Below are positions 20,363-29,670 of a DNA stretch of 64,000 nucleotides, piece by piece; positions within the stretch are counted from its first letter, which is position 1; every line of letters starts with the position of its first letter. The translations under genes and the position numbers were made by a program. Below the pieces are notes generated by a model. That model saw only the letters and a list, made by a program, of their open reading frames with translations. It was not told the DNA's origin and made no database searches. The DNA is taken from NCBI GenBank assembly GCA_016177845.1, contig JACOUO010000014.1, positions 187,005-251,004 of the forward strand, given 5' to 3'. Source of the stretch: Deltaproteobacteria bacterium. GTDB lineage: Bacteria; Desulfobacterota; GWC2-55-46.

Positions 20363-21110
20363 TTAGAATTTTACCGGTTACTTCAGGGAACATTTCCTTT
20401 TTGCGCTCCTGCAGCTTTTTCAAAGCCTCTCCCGCGGCGAACTGCTCGGCATCTTTTTTCTTGTTGGCAGACCCGGTCCCAAGCACCTCTCCTGAGATTA
20501 CTACTTCTACCTCAAAGGTCTTTTTATGCGGCGGGCCGTCCTCCTTCACCAGTCTGTAGAGAGGGGCCTCTTTGAAAAATCTTTGTGTAAGCTCCTGAAG
20601 TTTCGGTTTTGAATCAAAATGGCTGTGCTCTATTAAAGTATGATCGATATGGGGTGAGAAGATGGTCTCAATATATAAAAAAGTTTCATGGAATCCGAAC
20701 TCAAAATAGATTGCGGCCAGAAGCGCCTCAAATACTCCCGCGAGGATTGTTATGTTATCGCTTCCTCCGGAGCTGCGCTCTCCCTTGCCCAAAAGTAGAT
20801 ATTCGTTGAGACATAATTTTTTTGCAAGCCTTGCCAGGGTATGCTTGTTTACCAGCTTTGCCCTGAGCCTTGTCAGTTCGCCTTCGTCTATATCAGGGTA
20901 TTTTTTATAGAGCAGGTGGCTTATGACATTTGACAGAACGGCGTCACCCAAAAACTCAAGCCGTTCATTTGACTCAGGCGCGGCAAGTATTATGGCCTCT
21001 TTCTCATTCAAGAACGACCTGTGTACAAAAACCTTTTGCAGGAGGTCCTTGTTCTTGAATTGCAAGGGCAAGCTCCTGTTAAAATCTTCCAAAATTATCA
21101 GCCTTTTCAC
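20352..21110 (-). CDS. rnc: ribonuclease III
   Basis: ERLEFLGDAVL RNase III signature and a C-terminal dsRBD (GPPHKKTFEVEV...GSANKKKDAEQFAA). GTG start with a GGAGG RBS. Confidence 0.9.
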   Translation of the reverse strand: MKRLIILEDFNRSLPLQFKNKDLLQKVFVHRSFLNEKEAIILAAPESNERLEFLGDAVLSNVISHLLYKKYPDIDEGELTRLRAKLVNKHTLARLAKKLCLNEYLLLGKGERSSGGSDNITILAGVFEALLAAIYFEFGFHETFLYIETIFSPHIDHTLIEHSHFDSKPKLQELTQRFFKEAPLYRLVKEDGPPHKKTFEVEVVISGEVLGTGSANKKKDAEQFAAGEALKKLQERKKEMFPEVTGKILNGA

Positions 21111-21137
21111 AGTCCTCCTGCTTTAGCCGCTCTCGGT

Positions 21138-22454
21138 CTATATCAGCGGCTCACCTATGGCCTCTCCGGTCATGCCGTTCTCATCAAATGAAGAGAGGCG
21201 AACATCTACAAGCATATTCCTCAGCTCATTACTGCCTTCGAGGAATACCTGTATGTAATTTCTTGCCCTGCCCTTAAGGAGCCCTGATTTTTTATCCCTT
21301 GAGGATTCGACAAGCACTCCTGCCGTCTTGCCTGTAAAATGCCTGTGAAACTCGCAGCGCTTTACGATATCAAGCTCCTTTAACTTTTCGCACCTTGCCT
21401 TGATTATATTACCGTTTACCTGATTGAGATAATCGGCCGCTGGCGTGCCCTTTCTCTTTGAGAACGGGAATATGTGGAGATACGAGACAGGCAGTTCTTC
21501 AAGAAGAGAGAAAGTGTTCTCAAACTCCGCCTCGCCTTCCCCCGGAAAGCCTGCTATGACATCGACCCCGACTGAAATTTCAGGCACGGATTTAAAGAGG
21601 CCTAAGACCCTTTCTGCAAAAAGCTCGCGCGTGTAAGGCCGCTTCATCTTTCTTATGATGTTATTATCTCCGCTTTGCAGCGGCAGGTGTAGATGGTTGC
21701 AGACCCGTTTTGCGTCCTTTAAAATATCAATCAGCTCTTCTGTCACTTCATCCGGGTCAAGCGAGCTTATCCTGAAGCGGCAGGGGTAAGCCTTTTTTTC
21801 AATCAGCTTTAAAATAGATGTTATGCTTTTTTCTCCGAGATCAGCGCCATACGCGCCAAGATGGATTCCGGTAAGTATTATCTCTTTATAACCGCTCTCA
21901 ACGAGCGAGTCTATTTCGCGCTCCACTTCCTCAAGCGAAAGGCTCTTTGACGCCCCTCTTGCCTTCGGGATTATGCAGTAAGAGCACTGCCTGTTGCACC
22001 CTTCCTGAACTTTAAAGTTTGCCCTTGTCCTGCCGCCTGAGCTTTTAGCCCTTAGAGTGAAAGGAGTGCCTTGCTCGCCTGAGCCTACAAAGGCCTGTGC
22101 CTCTGTCTGCCTGCCTCTTGTGATGCACTCAAGCACCTTGCCCTTTTCAGGGTTGCCGAGTATGTAGTCTACTCCTTCGATAAGGCGCACTTCATCAGGG
22201 GAGACCTGAGCGTAGCAGCCTGTGACGATTACTACAGCATCAGGGTTAATCTTCCTGACTTTCCTTATAAGCTGGCGAGACTGGTAATCAGTCTTGCCGG
22301 TAACTGTGCAGGTGTTTATGATGTAGGCATCCGCGAATGAAGGGAACGGGACAACCTCGATATTTCCATTCCTTAGGATATCTTCAAGGGCGGATGAGTC
22401 GTATTGATTTGATTTGCAGCCGAGCGTTGTAATGGAAGCGGATTTGGCTGTCAT
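21138..22454 (-). CDS. mtaB: MiaB/RimO-family radical SAM methylthiotransferase, MtaB-like
   Basis: N-terminal MTTase domain (ITTLGCKSNQYDS), radical SAM CNRQCSYCIIP, and a C-terminal TRAM-like domain. Confidence 0.8.
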   Translation of the reverse strand: MTAKSASITTLGCKSNQYDSSALEDILRNGNIEVVPFPSFADAYIINTCTVTGKTDYQSRQLIRKVRKINPDAVVIVTGCYAQVSPDEVRLIEGVDYILGNPEKGKVLECITRGRQTEAQAFVGSGEQGTPFTLRAKSSGGRTRANFKVQEGCNRQCSYCIIPKARGASKSLSLEEVEREIDSLVESGYKEIILTGIHLGAYGADLGEKSITSILKLIEKKAYPCRFRISSLDPDEVTEELIDILKDAKRVCNHLHLPLQSGDNNIIRKMKRPYTRELFAERVLGLFKSVPEISVGVDVIAGFPGEGEAEFENTFSLLEELPVSYLHIFPFSKRKGTPAADYLNQVNGNIIKARCEKLKELDIVKRCEFHRHFTGKTAGVLVESSRDKKSGLLKGRARNYIQVFLEGSNELRNMLVDVRLSSFDENGMTGEAIGEPLI

Positions 22455-23545
22455 TTTAGAGCCTCTTCTATCCAGCCCCCGCCAAGCACTTCATCTCCGT
22501 CATAAAATACTACGGCCTGGCCCGGTGTGACTGCCTTCTGCCTTTCTTTAAATTCCAATTTTATGCTGCCTTCGTTTGTTATTTTTATCTCAGCCAAAGC
22601 GCCTTCATGCCTGTAGCGTATCTTAACAGTTGCGGTCAGGATTCCTGATGCTGCCTTTTCCTTTGCCTCCGGGTTTATCCAGTTGACTTCGTTTGCGGTC
22701 AGTCCGCCTGAGTAAAGCCTCTCAAGAGGGCCTACCAGAAGGCGGTTTCTCTCCATATCCAGGTCAAGGACATAGAACGGCCCGCCTGAAAGGTTAAGCC
22801 CTTTCCTCTGGCCGATAGTGTAGTTGAAAAGGCCCTTATGCTTTCCAAGGATTTTGCCGTAGATGTCAACGATGTCGCCGTCCTGTGATGAGACCCTTGA
22901 AGAGAGGAAATCGGTATAGCTGGGTTCTTCGACAAAGCAGATTTCCTGGCTCTCTTTTTTCTCTGATGTGCGCAGCCCGATTGTCTTGGCGTATGCGCGC
23001 ACTTGGGGCTTTGTGAGATTTCCTACGGGGAACAGCACCTTTGAGAGCTGCTCCTGAGTCATGGTGAAAAGGAAGTAGCTCTGGTCCTTACCTGTGTCTT
23101 TTCCTTTAAGGAGTTTGTAGCCGAAAGGGGCAGGCTCGATTCGGGCGTAGTGGCCCGTTGCGAGATAATCCGCTTCAAGGCCGATAGCCTTTTTAAGGAG
23201 TACCTCGAACTTGAGTACCTGATTGCATTTTATGCAGGGATTTGGAGTGGCTCCGCTAAGGTAGCTCTGGACAAAATAGTCCACTACCTCTTTGGAGAAG
23301 ACTTCTTCGACATTGACCACGTAAAAAGGGATACCGAGCTTGTCGGCAACACTTCTTGCGTCGTAAATATCATCGAGCGAACAGCAGCTTCCGGCAGTCG
23401 CCCCTTTGTCGTCTTCTCTTTTGGAGTAATCCCACAGCTGCATGGAGACCCCGATACAGTCAAAGCCCTGTTCTTTTAATATCGCAAGGGCTGTCGAGGA
23501 GTCCACGCCGCCGCTCATGGCGACAACGACTCTTTTACTGGACAT
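22451..23545 (-). CDS. mnmA: tRNA-specific 2-thiouridylase
   Basis: PP-loop SGGVDSS, catalytic cysteines, and full-length MnmA architecture. ATGA-coupled to mtaB. Confidence 0.9.
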   Translation of the reverse strand: MSSKRVVVAMSGGVDSSTALAILKEQGFDCIGVSMQLWDYSKREDDKGATAGSCCSLDDIYDARSVADKLGIPFYVVNVEEVFSKEVVDYFVQSYLSGATPNPCIKCNQVLKFEVLLKKAIGLEADYLATGHYARIEPAPFGYKLLKGKDTGKDQSYFLFTMTQEQLSKVLFPVGNLTKPQVRAYAKTIGLRTSEKKESQEICFVEEPSYTDFLSSRVSSQDGDIVDIYGKILGKHKGLFNYTIGQRKGLNLSGGPFYVLDLDMERNRLLVGPLERLYSGGLTANEVNWINPEAKEKAASGILTATVKIRYRHEGALAEIKITNEGSIKLEFKERQKAVTPGQAVVFYDGDEVLGGGWIEEALK

Positions 23546-23559
23546 CTGGATTTAGGTTT

Positions 23560-24230
23560 TTCCTCCGCATTCATCCGCTAACGGATGCGCTAAGGTCATT
23601 TTAATAAAGAATTCGGAATATTTCCATATAAAAAATAAGGGGATAGGAAAAAGGTTGTGAAATCCACCCTTCTTCCTAATCAAGCCGTCATTCCCGAATG
23701 TCTCTATCGGGAATCCAGTATTAAAGATAGGAGCGAAGCGCCAAGGCAATCTTTCTTGTGTTTTGCCTTACAAAACCCCGAGGGCGCAAATGGCGAAGCA
23801 TCCCCTAAGGGAGGAAGGGTGAGCGAGCCGAGGCTGCGGGAGCGTAAGCGACCTAAGAAATGAACCGAGCGGATTGGGGAGGCGCGGGGTGGCGAGCCAT
23901 TCGCCCAAAAGAGCCCGGCAGGGCGTTAAAGTTAAAACAGCACTGAGCTGACTACATATTTTCTTTCCCTATTCTTGTCTTTAAAGCCTGCCGCTGTGCT
24001 TTTCTACTTTTGCGCGCCGGGCCTGCTCCTCGTGGCATTGGCTCCGTTCGCTGTCGCGTTTGTTCGCTAATAGATACTGAAGCCCGCTCTCTCCCGCTCC
24101 CTTATGCTCATTTCGCAACGCCCCTTGGCGTGGTGTTTTAAACAAGACAAAATAGAAATACAAATACTTCCCCCTCCCTTGATGGGTGGGGATAAAGGGG
24201 AGGGTGATTTAAGTACCAAAAAACAAAAAA
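23560..24230. repeat. mosaic intergenic repeat block
   Basis: Module A (23678-23730), full module C (23765-23955), module B (24000-24090), module F (24105-24160) and module E cccctcccttgatgggtggggataaaggggagggtga (24170-24215). Confidence 0.85.
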
Positions 24231-24257
24231 GCCCCTGAACCTTTCAGGTTCAGGGGC
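24216..24257 (-). terminator. rho-independent terminator of the isc operon
   Basis: On the minus strand: GCCCCTGAACCtgaaAGGTTCAGGGGC followed by ttttttgtttttt. Confidence 0.8.
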
Positions 24258-24277
24258 TTTGAATTAAACTTCAATAT

Positions 24278-24652
24278 TTATTTTGTTTCCAGCTTCTTCC
24301 TGTAATCCTCAATAGCCGCATGGAGCGCGTCGGCTGCGAGGTTTGAGCAGTGCATCTTTACGGGCGGCAGGCCGTCAAGGGCCTCGGCTACCGTATTGTT
24401 TGAAATCTTCTCAGCGTCATCGAGCCCCTTGCCTTTTACAAGCTCAGTTACCATCGAGCTTGTGGCAATTGCGGCTCCGCAGCCGAAGGTCTTGAATTTA
24501 ACATCCGTAATTACATTGTTCTCGATCTTGATAGTAAGCTTCATTATATCGCCGCACGCAGGGTTTCCCACCATGCCTGTGCCGCTTGCTTCCTCAATCT
24601 CGCCGACATTCCTCGGGTTTGAGAAATGATCCATTACTTTTTCGCTGTACAT
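24278..24652 (-). CDS. nifU: Fe-S cluster assembly scaffold NifU/IscU
   Basis: ATG at 24652 preceded by GGAGAGGG, giving MYSEKVMDHFSNPRNVG. Conserved GNPACGD, FKTFGCGAAIA and LVKG scaffold motifs with three conserved Cys. Confidence 0.9.
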   Translation of the reverse strand: MYSEKVMDHFSNPRNVGEIEEASGTGMVGNPACGDIMKLTIKIENNVITDVKFKTFGCGAAIATSSMVTELVKGKGLDDAEKISNNTVAEALDGLPPVKMHCSNLAADALHAAIEDYRKKLETK

Positions 24653-24723
24653 ATCCCTCTCCTTAAAATAACCGTTTTCTTCGGCTTTATACAATCTATT
24701 ATATCGCTTTTTGCTATTTTTGC

Positions 24724-25893
24724 TTAAAATTTATGTCCTGCAAAAAGCGGTGACATGCTTCTCATCCTCTCAACTATCGGGGGCATGATCTCGATAAGAT
24801 AATCGATCTCTTCCACGGTATTTGATTTACCGAGGCTGAACCTGACAGAACCGTGGGCAAGCTCAAGGCTTATGCCCATTGCAACAAGCACATGGGAGGG
24901 CTCAAGGCTGCCTGAGGTGCAGGCTGAACCGCTTGAGGCCGCTATGCCCTTCATATCAAGGTTTAAAAGGAGGGACTCGCCCTCGACAAATTCAAAGCTT
25001 ATGTTTGCGGTATTGGGCAGCCTTTTTTCAGGATGTCCGTTTACATAAACATGCTGTATTTTCTCTTTAAGCCCTGTCTCAAGCCTGTTCCTGAGCATTG
25101 AGAGGTGCGCAATCTCCTTATCCAGGTCCCTTATCGCGATTTCAGCGGCCTTGCCAAAACCGATGATGCCGGCGACATTCTCAGTGCCGCCCCTTCTGTT
25201 TCTCTCCTGATGTCCGCCGTGGATAAGCGGGGTGAGCCTGACGCCCCTTTTTGCGAACAGTGCGCCTACTCCCTTGGGACCGTATATCTTATGGCCTGAT
25301 ATTGTCAGGAGGTCGACATTTAATTCCTGCACATTGATGGGGATTTTGCCTGCAGCCTGCACAGCGTCAGTGTGGAATGTGATGCCGCGCTCTTTGGCGA
25401 TTTGGCCTATCTCTTTTATAGGGAACAGTACGCCCGTTTCATTATTGGCGAACATTACAGTTATTAAAATAGTCTTGGGTGTTATCGCAGCCTTAAGCTG
25501 TTCAAGGTCGATAAGCCCGTCCTTGTCAACTTCAAGGTATGTAATTTCAAAGCCTTCTTTAGCGAGGTGCTTGCAGGTGCTAAGTATTGCCGGGTGCTCT
25601 ACTTTTGTGGTGATTATGTGGTTGCCTTTGTCTTTTTTGGCGTAGGCAATGCCCTTTATGGCGTGGTTGTCCGACTCAGTGCCTGAGCTTGTGAAGATAA
25701 GCTCAAGAGGGGCGCAGTTTAAGAGCTTGCAGACATTCTCACGGGCATCTTCCACGGCCTTTCTTGTGCCCCTGCCTGCCCAATGAATGCTTGAGGGGTT
25801 TCCCCACTGTTCTTTATAAAAGGGAACCATCGCCTCAAATACTTCATCTATGACTGGGGTCGTGGCATTATGGTCAAAATAGATCTTGTTCAA
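24724..25893 (-). CDS. nifS: cysteine desulfurase
   Basis: TTG start at 25893 preceded by AAAGGAGG and overlapping the iscR stop (TTGA), giving MNKIYFDHNATTP. PLP lysine in SGHKIYGPKG and the active-site Cys loop SSGSACTSG. Confidence 0.85.
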   Translation of the reverse strand: MNKIYFDHNATTPVIDEVFEAMVPFYKEQWGNPSSIHWAGRGTRKAVEDARENVCKLLNCAPLELIFTSSGTESDNHAIKGIAYAKKDKGNHIITTKVEHPAILSTCKHLAKEGFEITYLEVDKDGLIDLEQLKAAITPKTILITVMFANNETGVLFPIKEIGQIAKERGITFHTDAVQAAGKIPINVQELNVDLLTISGHKIYGPKGVGALFAKRGVRLTPLIHGGHQERNRRGGTENVAGIIGFGKAAEIAIRDLDKEIAHLSMLRNRLETGLKEKIQHVYVNGHPEKRLPNTANISFEFVEGESLLLNLDMKGIAASSGSACTSGSLEPSHVLVAMGISLELAHGSVRFSLGKSNTVEEIDYLIEIMPPIVERMRSMSPLFAGHKF

Positions 25894-26372
25894 GATACTT
25901 CCTCCTTTAGGTCGCTGACTGTGCATATATTTGAAGTTGGTCTTGGTTTGCCGTCATGTATTGCCTTTGCTTCGATGCTTAAGTCTTCTATCGAGACCGA
26001 GTTAAGGAATTCGGCTATCTTTTCCGCCAGACACTTCCACACCCTTTGTGTAGTGCATCTTGTGGCCCTGTCGCATCCGCTTGAGTCTTCATCAAGACAG
26101 GCAACCGGGTTTAAAGGCTCTTCGACTACGGATATTACATCCCCGACGCTTATCTTTGAGGCTGCCTTGGCAAGCACATAGCCGCCGCCCGGCCCCCGTA
26201 CGCTTTTTACTATCTTTCCCTTGCGGAGCTTTACAAAAAGCTGCTCAAGATAAGAGAGCGAGATGCCTTCTTCGGTTGATATATCCTTAAGAGTTACAGG
26301 CTTTTCACCGGAATGGCAGGCAAGATTGACCATTGCCCTTACAGCGTACTGTCCTTTAGTCGATAGCCTCAA
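25890..26372 (-). CDS. iscR: Rrf2-family transcriptional regulator (IscR-like)
   Basis: TTG start with a GGAG RBS. MRLSTKGQYAVRAM wHTH N-terminus. A C-terminal Cys cluster (C..CxxxxxC...C) may ligate an Fe-S cluster. Confidence 0.85.
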   Translation of the reverse strand: MRLSTKGQYAVRAMVNLACHSGEKPVTLKDISTEEGISLSYLEQLFVKLRKGKIVKSVRGPGGGYVLAKAASKISVGDVISVVEEPLNPVACLDEDSSGCDRATRCTTQRVWKCLAEKIAEFLNSVSIEDLSIEAKAIHDGKPRPTSNICTVSDLKEEVS

Positions 26373-26449
26373 TTCTACTCCTTTTTTGGCTAAAAAAGAA
26401 AAAGACCCATGCCCCCAGGGGCATGAGAATCCTTCTCTGTATAATGTTC

Positions 26450-26478
26450 AATCTATTATACCTTATCAATTTTGTCAA
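26450..26478 (-). promoter_or_regulatory. putative sigma70-type promoter of iscR
   Basis: On the minus strand: TTGACA, a 17-nt spacer, then TAGATT. A near-perfect 18-bp palindrome, catgcccccaggggcatg at 26410-26427, lies in the predicted leader. Confidence 0.4.
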
Positions 26479-26552
26479 GTATTGTTTTTACGATAAAAAA
26501 GGTTTAAACAAGCTTTGTAGCTGAAAAAAACAAAAAATCTAACCGCTTGGTG

Positions 26553-26581
26553 TAGACATAAGTATAAGATTTTGCTATAAT
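26553..26581 (+). promoter_or_regulatory. putative sigma70-type promoter of the asrA-like gene
   Basis: TAGACA at 26553-26558, a 17-nt spacer, then TATAAT at 26576-26581. A GAGGT RBS and the ATG at 26600 follow. Confidence 0.45.
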
Positions 26582-26599
26582 TATTCGAGGTTGAGACAT

Positions 26600-27637
26600 A
26601 TGGATAATAAAAAATACGCATTCATTACAGAAAAAGATTTTAAAGGTCTTGTTACCGGTCTTATCAAGGAATATAAGGTATTCGGGACCATAAAAAAAGA
26701 CGGTTTTCCGGCTTTTGCCGGTATTACCTCATTTGACGAACTCGAGCTTTTCCAGTCTCCCACCCACCTCTCGGCAAAAGAATTCCTTTTCCCGCAGAGG
26801 GAAACACTCCTTAAATTCAATATTCAGAATAAGACCCATGAGCCTGTGATAGAATCAGGGGAACAGGTCATTATAGGCATGCATTCCTGCGACATTCACG
26901 CGCTTACGCTCATGGACAGGGTCTTTGCCGCAGGCACGCCTGACCCGAACTATCTTTCAAGGAGAGCCAAGACCATTATAATAGGAACGGAATGTTTTCC
27001 CGATAAGTTCTGTTTCTGCAAGAGCGTGGGCACAATGACTGTGGAGGAGGGCTTTGACATCTTCCTTCATAAGCTGAAAAAAGGCTTTCTTGTGAGGACA
27101 GGGTCTGTAAAAGGTGAGGAGATACTTTCAAGGCTTACAAAATCCCGCCCTGCCGCCTTCAAAGAGATAAAAGAGGTTGAGGCTCTTCAAAAGGTAAAAG
27201 AGGGCTCCTTTATTACGACTTTGGATGCCCCTGCCGAGGAGCTTCCGGGCATTTACGAAAAGAGCGATAACAGCCCTGTCTGGGACAGGATTGGGGCTAT
27301 TTGCTACGGGTGCGGCTCGTGCAACCATGTTTGCCCCACATGCTACTGCTTTGATATCAAAGATGAGGTAAAGGCAAATCTTAAAGAAGGCGAGCGCGTA
27401 AGGGTTTGGGACGGCTGCATGGTTGAGGACTTTGCCAAGGTAGCGGGCGACCACAACTTCAGGGGTTTGAGGGCAAACAGGCTTAAGCACCGTTTTAACA
27501 GGAAATTCAGATATTTAACCGGCAAATTCGACGCCCTCTTCTGTGTCGGTTGCGGACGCTGTTCAAGGACATGCCTTGTAAACATCAATATCGCGGAAAT
27601 AACAAATGAACTTATACGAGAACATAATAAAAAATAA
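26600..27637 (+). CDS. 4Fe-4S dicluster protein, AsrA / sulfhydrogenase-beta (HydB)-like
   Basis: Two ferredoxin-like motifs, CYGCGSCNHVCPTCYC and CVGCGRCSRTCLVN. The ~345-aa length matches anaerobic sulfite reductase subunit A and hydrogenase beta-subunit homologues. Confidence 0.7.
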   Translation: MDNKKYAFITEKDFKGLVTGLIKEYKVFGTIKKDGFPAFAGITSFDELELFQSPTHLSAKEFLFPQRETLLKFNIQNKTHEPVIESGEQVIIGMHSCDIHALTLMDRVFAAGTPDPNYLSRRAKTIIIGTECFPDKFCFCKSVGTMTVEEGFDIFLHKLKKGFLVRTGSVKGEEILSRLTKSRPAAFKEIKEVEALQKVKEGSFITTLDAPAEELPGIYEKSDNSPVWDRIGAICYGCGSCNHVCPTCYCFDIKDEVKANLKEGERVRVWDGCMVEDFAKVAGDHNFRGLRANRLKHRFNRKFRYLTGKFDALFCVGCGRCSRTCLVNINIAEITNELIREHNKK

Positions 27638-28466
27638 TAATCATACAGAGACGCCCTCTCCATATGTGCCTGTCATGGGCACGGTTGAACGGGTAACGAG
27701 GGTTACGGAGCACGAGAGGCTCTTTGTAATCGCCCCTTCAAACAAAGAGCTGCTCAATTACTGTCCGGGCCAGTTCTACATGGTCGGGCTGCCGGGCTAT
27801 GGCGAGGCCCCTATCTCAATCACATCAGGGCCGGGGCAGGAGAAGGAATTCGAGTTTTGCATAAGGGCTGTGGGCAATGTGACAAATGCCCTGCACAGGC
27901 TCAGGAAAGGCGATACTGTCTTTATCAGGGGGCCTTTTGGCACAGGCTTTAATCTGGAAGAGATGAAAGGCAAGGACATATTATTTGTTGCCGGAGGTAT
28001 CGGCATAGTTCCCATGCGCTCTCTCATTAAGGCAGTTCTTAACGATACAAAAAGCTATGGCAGGCTCTCGCTTATATACGGCTCAAGAAACCCTGATGAC
28101 ATCCTCTACAAAGAAGAATTTGAGGAGTGGAAGGCAAAAGGGCTTGATATGCGCCTTACGGTCGATAAGCCCCACCCGACCTGGAAGGGCAATGTCGGGG
28201 TCGTCACCACCCTTATTCCAAAGATAGAAGTTGACCCTGCAAGGACAATCGGCGTGATTATCGGCCCGCCTGTGATGTATAAATTTGTAATCCTCTCATT
28301 CAGGGATAAAAAGATAACGGATGATAAGATTTTCGTATCGCTTGAAAGAAGGATGAAGTGCGGGGTAGGCAAGTGCGGACATTGCCAGATAAACAGTTCC
28401 TATGTGTGTCAGGAAGGCCCTGTTTACAGGCTTAAAGACCTGCACAGTTTGCCTGAAGCGATATAA
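27606..28466 (+). CDS. FAD/NAD(P)-binding oxidoreductase with a C-terminal 2Fe-2S cluster, AsrB / PyrK / HydG-like
   Basis: Ferredoxin-reductase-type FAD and NAD folds plus the C-terminal CGVGKCGHCQ 2Fe-2S motif. Overlaps the preceding gene by 32 nt, suggesting an operon. Confidence 0.7.
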   Translation: MNLYENIIKNNNHTETPSPYVPVMGTVERVTRVTEHERLFVIAPSNKELLNYCPGQFYMVGLPGYGEAPISITSGPGQEKEFEFCIRAVGNVTNALHRLRKGDTVFIRGPFGTGFNLEEMKGKDILFVAGGIGIVPMRSLIKAVLNDTKSYGRLSLIYGSRNPDDILYKEEFEEWKAKGLDMRLTVDKPHPTWKGNVGVVTTLIPKIEVDPARTIGVIIGPPVMYKFVILSFRDKKITDDKIFVSLERRMKCGVGKCGHCQINSSYVCQEGPVYRLKDLHSLPEAI

Positions 28467-28493
28467 ATATTAATTAAAATATAAAATCAAAAA

Positions 28494-28525
28494 CGGCTGT
28501 CGAGAAATTCGGCAGCCGTTTTTTG
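28494..28525 (+). terminator. rho-independent terminator
   Basis: CGGCTGTCGagaaattCGGCAGCCG followed by ttttttg. Confidence 0.75.
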
Positions 28526-28529
28526 ATAT

Positions 28530-29135
28530 GGACGCCCTGAGCCGTCATTGCGAACGGAGCGAAGCAATCCTTTTATTTATTCCCCTCACTTCTACCCTCT
28601 CAAACTGTCCAATAGATTGCTTCGGGCTTAACGCCCTCGCAATGACGACATCTCACCCGTTTCCCGAATGTCACTATCGGGAATTTACTTTTAAAATACT
28701 GGATTCCCGCTTTCGCGGGAATGACAATTCTAAACCTGTCATTGCGAGCGGAGCGAAGCAATCCTTTTATTTATTCCCCTCACTTCTACCCTCTCAAACT
28801 GTCAAATAGATTGCTTCGGGCTTAACGCCCTTGCAATGACGACATCTCACCCGTCATTCCCGAATGTCACTATCGGGAATTGACAATTCTAAACCAGTCA
28901 TTGCGAGCGAAGCGAGGCAATCCTGTTATTTATTCCCCTTACTTCTACCCTCTCAAACTGTCAAATAGATTGCTTCGGGCTTAACGCCCTTGCAATGACG
29001 ACATCTCACCCGTCATTCCCGAATGTCACTATCGGGAATCTACTTTTAAAATACTGGATTCCCGCTTTCGCGGGAATGACAATTCTAAACCAGTCATTGC
29101 GAGCGAAGCGAGGCAATCTGTTTTATTTACTCCCG
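28530..29135. repeat. tandem array (~3.3 copies) of a ~160-200-bp composite structured repeat
   Basis: The unit gtcattgcgagcgaagcgaagcaatcc..(70 nt)..gattgcttcgggcttaacgccctcgcaatgacgac contains nested long-range inverted repeats (gtcattgcgag/ctcgcaatgac and cgaagcaatc/gattgcttcg). Each unit is followed by module-A-type hairpins (cattcccgaatgtcactatcgggaat and ggattcccgctttcgcgggaatgac). Unit starts are near 28537, 28737 and 28897. Confidence 0.85.
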
Positions 29136-29136
29136 C

Positions 29137-29667
29137 CTACGCCTCTCTCCCTGTCTGTATCTTAAACTCCCTCCAGACATAATCGAGGCCTGAATACACG
29201 GTAACAACCGCAGTTACGAGTGTAAGCCAGTCAAGGCCGAAGTTGAAGGGGATAAGCATGGCGTAGATTACTGTGGTTATCTGGAGGGCTGTAGTGAGCT
29301 TGCCGAAGAAAGACGGGGAGATGATGACCTTTTTACCTGCGCCTTTTAATGTGAAAAAGCCGGTAAGGATAACGGCATCCCTTACGATTACAGGAACGCA
29401 CAGCCATATCGGGAGAAACCCTTTAAGAGTAAGCGAGAGGTAAGCGGTAACAAGCAGGAGCTTGTCCGCGAACGGGTCCATGTGGGCGCCGAATTCCGTT
29501 CTCTGGTTGTAAGTGCGTGCGATAAAGCCGTCTATGCCGTCTGTAATGCCTGCGATGGCGAAGACGATTGTTGCATAGAAGAGCTGGTTTTCAAGGACGA
29601 GCAGCAGGAATACCGGAACAAGCAGTATCCTGAATATAGTCAATATGTTTGGAACATTCAAGACCAT
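29137..29667 (-). CDS. pgsA: CDP-diacylglycerol--glycerol-3-phosphate 3-phosphatidyltransferase
   Basis: CDP-alcohol phosphatidyltransferase motif DGxDGxxAR...G...DxxxD (DGIDGFIARTYNQRTEFGAHMDPFADK) and multiple TM helices. Confidence 0.85.
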   Translation of the reverse strand: MVLNVPNILTIFRILLVPVFLLLVLENQLFYATIVFAIAGITDGIDGFIARTYNQRTEFGAHMDPFADKLLLVTAYLSLTLKGFLPIWLCVPVIVRDAVILTGFFTLKGAGKKVIISPSFFGKLTTALQITTVIYAMLIPFNFGLDWLTLVTAVVTVYSGLDYVWREFKIQTGREA

Positions 29668-29670
29668 ATA

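Noticed and set aside
28530-29135. Possible CRISPR array, considered because of regular direct repeats
   Set aside because: The repeat units are long (160-200 bp), composite and directly abutting, with no unique spacers. The same modules occur scattered elsewhere. No cas genes lie nearby.
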